A DNA stretch of 64,000 bases, from the NCBI GenBank assembly GCA_012295275.1, contig CM022672.1:3720001-3784000 (forward strand), in the 5' to 3' direction. Numbering within the stretch: position 1 is the stretch's first letter; each line of letters opens with the position of its first letter. Of the stretch, positions 53,362 to 64,000 are shown in pieces. Below the pieces are notes generated by a model. It did not search any database. It had not been told where the DNA came from and worked only from the letters and a program-made list of their open reading frames with translations. The stretch comes from Chrysomallon squamiferum. Its lineage: Eukaryota > Animalia > Mollusca. Position numbers and translations under genes: made by a program.

Positions 53362-55037
53362 TTATGAACATGTTTCCAAATGAGCCCAGGACTTGCCTGC
53401 ACTTAGTGATATCAAGATAGGAACTTTCAGTTTAACCATATCTCCACACAGTTCATCACAGTTCTCCATTACATCTTTGACAATATCTGTATAAATTAAA
53501 ATCCCAGTTTAATATCACATTTATAATAATTCAAATTTATATACCTTTCTTAATTAGTTGTTTATTGTTGTTGTTGTTGTTGTTATTATTATTATTTTAT
53601 TTTAAAAGAAATATTTAAATAAATATAATTTAAAAAAATTATTAAACAGTAAATAAAACTTTAAAAGTATTAATAATAAATTTATTGAAAAGAAATATAT
53701 TACATCAGAATAATAATAATAAATGATTATATATCATTATGATTTTGTTTTTGAAAATAACAATTTTAGTTTCAATTTTATTTAATAATTTACATTTTTG
53801 ATGATGATATTGTTGATAATGATATATTATTTATCAGCAAATTCAAAATTTTTATTCAACACATTGCCTCGTACCTTTCACAGTATCTATTTCACTTTCT
53901 GGAACTTCCCACAGTAATTCATCATGTATCTGAATCAAAAGCCTGAAAACAGTGATACCCAAGTAAAAACTCGGTTAGCCTTTGTCTTATATAAAGACAT
54001 AGATCTTTTATTTAAAATACAGCATCAGATTAGGGTTTGCCTGATTAACAACAGATTACCAGATCAATTCAGTTCTTTATGTACATTAAGCTTTTTCTAT
54101 TTCATCAGCTGTTTTTACACTTTCAACATGGCTGCCTTGTAAAGATTAGCAACTCACGTCATATATGCCATAAATATTTTTATAAAACCAAAAAATACAA
54201 AAGTTATAAATCTAAAAAACCACTAAGGCAGATTATATTAAAAGTTTTAACATGTACTATTCTGTAACTAGAATGTGCATATAAAAGATTATTTTAATCT
54301 GTTAAGAGTGATATCAATGGGTTTCTTTGGTCATTCATACATTTTCAAGTCATTTATCAGAAATCTAATAACCATCAGTATAAAAATATTAAAATAATCA
54401 TTCATTGATTCTCATATTTTAATAGTCTTTACTAATGAAAAACTAAAAATTTCACTTAACTCATCACTATTTTTTTTTTATGAATTATAACTTACATATA
54501 AAAGAGAAATAAAATACAATGTTTTTTTTATACATGCATATTCCTTATTATCTGCTAGCATTATTGACACTGCAGTCAGGCAATCTAACTCTCGAGAACA
54601 TAAAATTCTTCAGTTTTTGGCAGATATATATATATAAATACATAACCACTACTACAAATTGATAGGCACAAGAACTGAATACTGATATCAGCCCATTTCA
54701 GCAGCCAACAGCTTTGTTTTCTGTAACAAATCCGTTAACACACTAACACTGTTTTGGCAGACTAATCAGGCCCCTGGAGTGTGTGGCAGACAAATGATGT
54801 TTTAAACAGTTTATTCAAAAATAAATGATGAATTAAATTAATAGATTTTAAGAGGATATTGTTACTTGTTTTTAGAATTAATATTAAAAGAATTGACTTA
54901 AAAAACTTACTTAGTATGAAGACTGCAATGAAGTCTGAGCTGTTTTTCCACTTTCAACATAGCTGCTTTACAAAGATCAGCAGCTGATCCTATATGTCAT
55001 AATGAAATTTAAAACAACAACAACAACAAAAAACCAC

Positions 55038-55075
<38 letters not shown>

Positions 55076-58000
55076 CAAAATAAATGAATAAATAAATAAA
55101 TAAACAAAACATGGAAATTGTTTTTTAAATTTTCAGTTTTTATATAATAATTAGAGCTGTTATCTTTTTAAAATAATTCATTTGAAGACAATAAAACAAT
55201 TAACATTAAAGTCATACAAATATATGAGACCTTGTTTCATTTACTGTTACATAATGACAATTTTAATTTATACTGTCAGTTTTTCCTAAGCCTAAGCTTT
55301 TGGAGATTTTTCCATTTTAAGCATCTAAAATCTGCTTTTGCCACAGAGTTATCTGCTCCCATCCAAAACTAACCAAGCTGAATTAAATATTATTAAATAA
55401 TAAAATGATTTACCTTGAACACAGAAGTTGACTGCTTGTCTAGCAGCCTGTGCTCTTAGTTGATAAGAAGGATGTTTAATATTGGGTATCTGGCGTCTTC
55501 TATTAAATATTGTACAAGTATAACCTACAATTTAAAATGTATACAAGTTTATTAGATAAAATAAAATACACCTGAGAAAATGCCCAATCAGATATTTTCT
55601 GTTCTGCATAGACAAAAATATAAAATATTTAATAATAATAATAAGAAGAAGAAGATGAAGAAGAAGATGAAGAAGAAGAAGAAATAATAAAAAGAAATAG
55701 GACTCCCAAGGCCTAAAAATGATAAAAATAACCCAATAAGCTGGGACAATTATTGTCATGTTAACTTATATACTAAGAAAAAACTGGCCATTGGCTTTGA
55801 ATGAAATACAAAAATTGGATATAAATACAATAAAAGATACATTTTTAAATGTTTAATATTATAATGATATTAAATTTATATGAATTAATGTCTTTAATGA
55901 ATATTAAAGTTGGTTATTTTCTTTAAACGACATACCATGTTCTTGGCAAAATTGAACACATTTGTTTGTAAAGCTATTTATTGCAGGAAACTTCACTGGA
56001 AGGAAAAAAAATAAAAATAAAAATAAATAAATAATAATAACAATAATAATAATAAAATAAATAAAAAACTATAAGCAAAATTAAGTAAAATATAGTGAAG
56101 TAAAGTAAAACAAACAAACAAATAAATAAATAAATTTTAAAAAGTTAAAACTCTTTCTGCAATATATATATAATAAATATTGAAGTAAGAGTTTTTTAGC
56201 ACATATGACAATAACAATAATACTGCTTTATATTAACCAAGAAAATGAAGATGGAACTTCAGGGTGTTTTTATACATGTTATTAAATACTGTCATAAAAT
56301 TAAAAAAAAAAATTTCATAAAAATAAAAAAAATATAGAAAAATAAAACAAATAGACCAAGCTGTTCGGAAAGTTTTTGGTAAAGTTACTGCCTTAAAGTA
56401 TTATAATTACAACTTACAGAGAAAACTTTCCATTACACCTTTCGCATTGTCTGGACTAACTTTAAGATACTCAGACAATCTTTCCTTCCCTGTAAAATGT
56501 AAAATGAATGAAAAATTACACTTGATAAATGCTAGTTCAGTAACATGTTGATTTACTTAAACCAATATTCATATTACTCTTTTGTAAAGAATTTTGCTGA
56601 TACATGAATATAATGTGAAGAGATAACTGTAAAACTGTATAATAAATAAAAAATAAAAAACAAGAATAATTTTATACTGTGATAATAATGAACTTAATTT
56701 CAAACATTTCTACTTGTAAAAAAAAAAAAAAAAAAAAAAAATGAAAAAAAGAAAGAAGTTTTAAAAAAAGATTAAAAAGTCCAGAGCTAACCTACTCCAT
56801 ACATGACAGAATAAACAACTCTTTTTGTCTGTTCTCTCTCTGCAGTGGTAACATCACATGCTTGTTTCTTCAACCTAGCAAACAAAACTAGTCATAAATT
56901 GTTATATTTCCTTTCTTTAAGTATTCTTTTTATTGGATTAATTTATTAGTCATACAGTCAAGATAAATCTAAGATGACTAAAGTAATAAGAAAACATGAT
57001 ACATCTCATAATCAGGATTTAATATGGGCATGAGTGTCACCATGGATCATTACAGTTTGAAAAAGTCAATTTTTGTTGTTACCCAATCTTATTATAAATA
57101 AACATTTGCAAATATAACCTAAAATCTGAATATATCTATAGTCTGCTTATTTAGCAGTATAATCAATAGTTAAATACCAGTTAAGATCATAGTTAAGCAT
57201 TAATATAATTATTGCTGTCTGAAAATGTTAATTTCAATCATTTATACTTTTTACTGTCTCACCATTGTGATGTCAGCTGAATAAAAATATCTTCATCTGT
57301 TTGTGTTCTGAACATGTTGAGTAAAGTTGGGTCATCAGACAAGTGTGCCAACAGTCGCAACTCAATCTGCTGGAAGTCTTAATAAATTTAACAAAAACAA
57401 GAAAAAACATAAATAATGTTTTGGATTTTTTCTTGTTTTCTTAATTTTATTAAGACTTAAATGCTGTTCTTCAAAACAAAGTCACACTAATTTTTAAACA
57501 TACTATTAGAATACCAAATATGACAATGCTTTTGGGGGGATATTGTTAACTTTCATACAAAGACTGTTAATGGCATTTGATTCTTTTTTGAATAGTAAAA
57601 TTATTTTTCATAGTTTTACAAATAATAAAAAAAGTAAGAAACAAAGGATTATTCAGTACTTCTTTTTTTCTTTAGTTGTCTTTGAAATTCAGAATATTTG
57701 ATAATGTTTATTTGTACTCTGTTACAGGAAGACTGATTACTTAGTAAGTCAGTCACTCTGTCACTGAATGACTCTTAAGAAATGAAACCTCTTTGTTTTA
57801 TGTAATTGATTTCCACTATTCACTGATGATTCTTGAGACACTATTTTATAAATTAATTTACCTGCAGCTAGCAGTAAACATCCATCATGGCTAATGTAAG
57901 GCTCTCTGGCAAATATCTCCATCTTCTGATCATTTGCATTTCCTGAAAAACAAAGATAACATACTAAATTTTATTGTTACATTGTTTTTAAACAAAATTT

Positions 58001-61000
58001 ATTGAGTATTGATTAAATTATTACTGTAATTTGTTTGTTATTGCAACAGTGAGACTTTATAGCAGTTCAATGTGAAAGTTGTAGAAATAAAAAAAAATTA
58101 AAAATATATATGTCTCGGTGACATTTTTAATACTGATTTTTTCTGATAGGCATTGACATATTAGTAAAACAGTTGTCACAGATAATAATAACCTGCAATA
58201 TAACTGACTTCATATTCTGAAACTATCACTGATGTTTTGGGTATTGCCTGAACATTTGGCTGGTAAGACGTCAGTCGACCTGTGGCAGCGGCTGTTTGAT
58301 CCCAGTGTGTTTTGAGGTAATCGTCTTTGACCCAGACCAGCATTCCATCTACATAGGTAGACTTCAGCTTCTGAAGCTAGTCAATAAGTAGAGAGATATA
58401 CTGAGCCTTGGTAACATTTTATATTAATTGTTTAACTGTCCAAAATACAGTTGCAAGAATTACCATAAATGTAACAGGATAAAGTAAACAAAATGTTTTT
58501 TTTATTAGAATAAATGTTATGATTATACAGTGCGGATGTTCTTTTCATTTCATTACACATCAGCTTCAAGTACCTTTTTAACTGATTTTACTTTTTGGAG
58601 AAAATACTCCTAAATTTGATGGCAGTATTTGTTCTATTATGATAATGCACATAATTATTACTTGTCTGTACTCCAGCACAATGGAGGGCAGAGCATGTAT
58701 CTCCACCAGCTGATTCAACATGGCCTCTGATGTGGACTTCTCATGAGTGATATTTGTTTTAGAGATTTTAGTCTTCAGTGGTAGTTTCTTATCTAACTGA
58801 AGTTCTTCATACAGAACCTGAAATGGATTAAAACAGATCTTAAAAATTCTATTCCAAAATTAAGACTCTGAAATGGTATGAAAATAAATGATAGTAATAT
58901 GACAGAAACTGGGCAGTTATAGATCAGCATTATTTTTTCAAATTGTTTCAAGTATTGAGGCAGTTCTCTTAAAAGGCTAATCTGAAAGATAATGTTGTCC
59001 TTTGTTTTTAATGTATTCTTTGATTCTTAGTGTTGTCTTTTATTAAATCTATGACTACTAGTATTCCAATACATCACAAAATGCCTTGATATGATTTTCA
59101 AGATTAACATCAATGCCACTTTCATAGTCAGCATGCTATCCAAATTAGCCAAAACCAGGCATGAGTAAGATACACAGAAAACAACAATAATATAAAATAC
59201 ACCAAGAGAAATGTGAGAACTATACCAGGCATTAATATAAATTCAGTTTACTGCTGGAATTCCATTCATTATCAAAGATCTGAATGGTTATTTTAACATC
59301 AATTTTCTTTTATTACTCACTTGTCTAAGCTGTGGATGGCTGTTCAAACAGAAATGATGACCTACACAACAGAAAGCCTTTTCCTCCAGCCTAGATAATT
59401 TTTTCTGAAATTATTATTATTATTATTAGTTTCATGCCCCAAGTATTGATAAAAGAAAATGTATATATAAAATAAAACAATTTCAGACATCACAAATATT
59501 TTATTTTTGTGAATTTAGGGGAAAAAAAGCATATTATTTTCAAAGCTATAAATTAGTAAACTAGTTCACTATTTTAAATTTTACACTTTTTAATTTTATT
59601 ATGTATCTGCTGGCTTATATATTGTTGTTCCCCCCCCCTCTCTCTCTATCTTTCTCTATCTCTCTCTCTGACTGTCTCTATTTCCTTATTTATTTATTTA
59701 TTTATTTATTTACTGTTTATTATGCTATTATTTGCATACTTATATTATGCTATTTGCATGCTTATGTTCTGTGGTTTTCAGTACCTTTAAGACATCTGAA
59801 AATGTTATAAAAGTTTTAGAGTCCACTCGGATAGGATTCATTTCCATCACAGCCAGTAGAGAGATTAAAGGACATTCTACTTCAAAAAAAACAGTTCCCA
59901 TATGTCCTGTGATTGTAGTTTCTCTTTTAGTGAATCCATTGCTAGATGCATTAGTTTAAAATCTGTATTCAGATTTTCAATCCAGTTTGATGATTCATCC
60001 TTAAATCAGATTTCAGATCTTATAACTACTATTACAATTACAAAAATGTCTACTACTATTAATTATAATAAATAAACACACAAATACATTTTACACAATT
60101 AATGTTAACTATTTGGAATCAAGGTTTTTATGTTTAATTACCAAAGACAAAACAATTTCACAATTATTTTTGTGTCTTTGTTAATTCTATCTCTTCATAT
60201 TTAAAATGGATTTTGTTTTTCTTTATTCATCTGTCTGATCATCTCTGACTAATCACGCTTGCAAAAAATACTAGTTTGTGCAGGCTTGAATTGAATAGCC
60301 TAAGGAATGAATCCACAGTCTAATACATATTGGACTAGGTCAGAGAAACTTAATAATCAACATTTATATATATATATATATATAAAACTTCTATCTGTTG
60401 TGTAATAACTTATAATGAGATAAATGATATATTCTCACAGTCTTGGGGAGGTCCCATCCCAAAATGAACAAGACATCTCTTAAATTCTGCACTGCTTTTT
60501 CAGAATTCAGCAGCCAGGCTGCTACTGTGGGATCCAGGACAAACCATGATTCTGTACCTGAGAATTGATAAATGTTTTTAAAGTAAAATTTGTTTTATTT
60601 ACACTGATTAATTTCCTATCAGCAGTCAGACATTTATAGTCTGCAGAGGATACCTGCTACTGTTTATCACTAACAGAAAGGATTCTTTTGTAAGCTCTTT
60701 TCTACAAAGGATATTAAAGTTATGAATGAAAGCACAAGTAAATACATTTTTGATGTTTTGTGTAATATATCTGAAAAAAAACTGGAAACCAATTCTATCA
60801 CAATAATAGCTAATCCTACAGATTAACAGGGATGAATCTTTTGAATTTAGATGCACCTTTTCATAAACTGGATATATGCAGTAATTTTTTATACACAAGT
60901 CAAAGTGCAATACCTCCTTAAAAAGAATTCAGCTACAGCCTGCTTCTTTAGATTAGCCAGAATACAGATGAAAACAAATATATTTTATCACTTACAACAG

Positions 61001-61150
61001 ACTTGAGAGTGATTAATGAAAAGTGACATCAGTTCTACAAACACATTTTTTGCATTCAAAATTATTTTCTTTGGCTGTTTCTTTGTCATGAAGTCATTAA
61101 TAAATGCTCTGAAATGAAATAAAAAAGTAAATAAATAAATAAGTAAGAAA

Positions 61151-61182
<32 letters not shown>

Positions 61183-62885
61183 GAATATAATAATGAAAAA
61201 ATTAATAATAAATAATAGCTTTATTACCGTTAACTTTGTTTTTGTTGTCATTACTACTGCTACTGCTACTGCTGCTACTGCTATTGCTGCTGCTATTACT
61301 ACTACTTTTATTACTATTACTTTTATTACTATCACACCTACTGCTAAGATACTATAATTATAATAATCTAAATGACTCAGAGAAGTTAAGAATAGGAAAA
61401 TTATATGTAATATCAAATTATGAAACAGCACAAATTAATATTTAAATTTGTCTTAGTGGTATAGATTTTGATATAAATTTAAATTATGCATGTCATATCA
61501 GAATATTTAGCTTCAAATACCCTCAAAAAACCAAAACTGCATTTTATAACTTAATAAAAAATCATTTACAATGATGTTTATTAGATAATATTATTCATGT
61601 AAAAATTAATATACCTGAACCATTGCAAATAATCCTGATCATTATGCTTCAGTGGAAACAAAAAGATTTTCTTAGATTCTAAATAACTCATACAATCAAC
61701 AATAATCTTCATTGCTAAATAGGATACCTGAAATATGTCACAAAATTATCATTCTTATTACAATGAATGGGAATAAAATAAAATTAGAAAATCATACTTG
61801 TCAATACAGCTGCTCATACACTACAACAGCCCAAGGTTCTACTTTACATAAAACTTAATATTGTTATAATGATCATCAAATGGCTGTATTAACATGTAGG
61901 ATATGAATTATTTCTAACATATTTCTAGTACTGAATGTAACAGCCAATTGTTGATCTATACACTCCATATTATTATTACTCGTATCAAAATAGTCACATT
62001 ATTCAAATTAATATTTATTGAGAACACTTGCAAAACCTGTATGTAATCTTATGACTATTACATTTTACCTTCTTAGAAGAACATCCTGATTTCTTCTGAA
62101 AAATAAATAAATAAATAAATAAATGAAATAATAATAATAATGCTACTGTTACTACCACTACTACTACTATTACTATTACTACTACTCCTATTAATAAATA
62201 CTACTACTAATAATAATAATGCTTATTATCATTATTATTATTACTATTTTCATCATTTTCTCCTTCTTTGTGATAAATGTTATGATAAATGTATTTAACA
62301 TTTATAAACTGACCTTAATTATACAGGTATCCATTAAATGATTAAATTATATTTAATAAATCATTTAAACACAATGAATATATATGTAATTTAAAACAAA
62401 CCAAAACTAACATCAACATCTAGTTGAAACAAAATAAGTGCCAGCTTTAGTTAAGTGCAGATGTTTTTAAATATTGGTAATTACAAATATATTAATAAAT
62501 ATACATATTTAATTATTGTAACAAAAAAAAAAAAAATAATAATAATAATAAGAATAATAAAAAAACATTCAAAAAATAGTATTAAATAACAAAAGTCTGG
62601 CATATGATATAGAAATTTGACTGGATTTCATGTTTCTGATATGTAGTGTTCATTATTATTAATATTTTTGAATTTCTGACCTAATTTGTCAGTTTTTAAT
62701 TTTTCAATTTTACATACTGATGGTTCACATGTGTGTGGATCATCCATCATGGTAGAATTATCAGAAAAGCTGAGTGTCATGCAAACTGCATCAGTATCTA
62801 GAATGTGTGAAATCAGCTTGGTTTTTTCTACATCTGACAGTAAACTTACATCTGTCCACTCAACTGTGGAATTTAGTACAGAAAT
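53362..62885 (-). CDS. POLN: DNA polymerase nu (family A), 5'-partial; exons 62885-62718, 62095-62069, 61727-61615, 61108-60996, 60557-60439, 59999-59785 (frameshift in a T8 run), 59404-59321, 58817-58662, 58376-58193, 57942-57862, 57377-57263, 56874-56792, 56489-56418, 55995-55936, 55524-55414, 54989-54911, 53942-53875, 53486-53362
   Basis: Phase-consistent GT-AG exons translate to [21 protein letters not shown]...[35 protein letters not shown], motif [22 protein letters not shown], motif [34 protein letters not shown], motif [14 protein letters not shown] and the C-terminus [22 protein letters not shown]. The REQTK-VVY motif B and SAGxSW ending fit POLN better than POLQ or POLG. Confidence 0.93.
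54107..54180 (-). pseudogene. Degenerate duplicate of POLN exon 54989-54911 (pseudo-exon)
   Basis: agctgtttttacactttcaacatggctgccttgtaaagattagcaact aligns with agctgtttttccactttcaacatagctgctttacaaagatcagcagct. It translates [15 protein letters not shown] versus [16 protein letters not shown], and the acceptor AG is lost. Confidence 0.8.
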
Positions 62886-63259
62886 CTGAAGAAAAAAGAT
62901 CCAGTAAACAATAAATAATTATAAATAAATAAATGAAAGAATGAATGAATGAATGAACAATAATAATAATAATCATCATGTAAATAATGATGATGATGAA
63001 GGTACTAAAAATGATGGCACTAACATTATAGCTAGAAGTCACATTAGCATTAAGAACCAAATAAATTGGTTATTTATAAGTAATACAAAACTTATTTAAA
63101 CCATTTGTTTATAGCTTCATAGATACACTTGACAAGAAATAAATAAAACAATAATGTGAAGTTACATAAAATGTAATTAAGCTTTTTGTTAGCTAGAGCA
63201 CACTTAAATATTATTAAATAATTAACTTAAAGAATTATTATGTAATAAGTAATCAATAC

Positions 63260-63388
63260 ATCAGATGAAAATATTGTGTCTTTAGATTTCTTGTTAACAA
63301 AGATGGTTCTTGGAAAGTGCTCTGTCTTTTTCTTGAATGTTTATTCTGTACACTGAGATCTGAAGGCTTTTTTGATATACCATTAGAT
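63260..63388 (-). CDS. POLN: Probable further upstream POLN exon (low-complexity N-terminal region)
   Basis: Good acceptor (tttgtttcag) and an open frame SNGISKKPSDLSVQNKHSRKRQSTFQEPS, but the phase at the GTATTG donor (2) does not match the next exon (0); an indel or different boundary is needed. Confidence 0.4.
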
Positions 63389-63567
63389 CTGAAACAAAAT
63401 GTAAATAAATAAATAATGTTATATACATATGGATATTAACTTATATTTATCATTATACACCTTCTATTTAGAAACAATAACTAGATAAACATAATATTTG
63501 TTTGTGATATTGCACTGTAAATTGTACATTTTTACACTAGGGTTCAGGAAACTTGTTATTTGATCAA

Positions 63568-63627
<60 letters not shown>

Positions 63628-64000
63628 TAAAATAAATAATAATAAAAAATAATAAAAAATTTAATAAAATAATTATATATTGTTAGATACAATACCTTTC
63701 ACTTCTTTTAACAATGACTTCACCAAAGTTAGATTTGTGAAACTATAATTACATGAAAATATTCTAATCAATTTTTGTTCTTTTGTTTGTATATATTTGT
63801 ATTTGTACATATATATATGCATTCTGCATGGTCTTTATCTCTGACTGTGACTGTGGCATGTATAAACATATACATATATAATTTAAAGTATTAATTAAAT
63901 ATGAAATAAATTTATCTTTGAAAATAAGTGGCCTTAACAGAACTTATTAAAGGTTTTGTTTAGGATCATTTGATACCTCCAATAAATTAACCTTTTTAAA

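Overview
AT-rich, microsatellite-laden animal genomic DNA with spliceosomal introns; gene and repeat style suggests a lophotrochozoan, probably a gastropod mollusc (inference). Content from left to right: (1) the 3' part of an NMNAT gene on + (five exons, 4277-19676), with a candidate alternative terminal exon (23745-24081) reached through a splice donor that overlaps the stop codon; (2) an intronless class A GPCR nested on the same strand in an NMNAT intron (16450-17490); (3) a ~5.3-kb-period tandem array of three class A GPCRs, each with a signal peptide and a mucin-like Ser/Thr stalk (33708, 38998, 44300), the middle copy apparently a recombinant; (4) a minus-strand paralogue of the nested GPCR (49671-50564) whose stop codon looks premature; (5) a multi-exon DNA polymerase nu (POLN) gene on - (53362 to at least 62885, 5' end outside the window). 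Also present: a Tigger/pogo-type MITE, decayed dispersed repeats, minisatellites and a dead duplicate of a POLN exon. Most short ORFs in the supplied track are microsatellite or antisense artefacts. All coordinates and translations were derived by eye; no searches were run.
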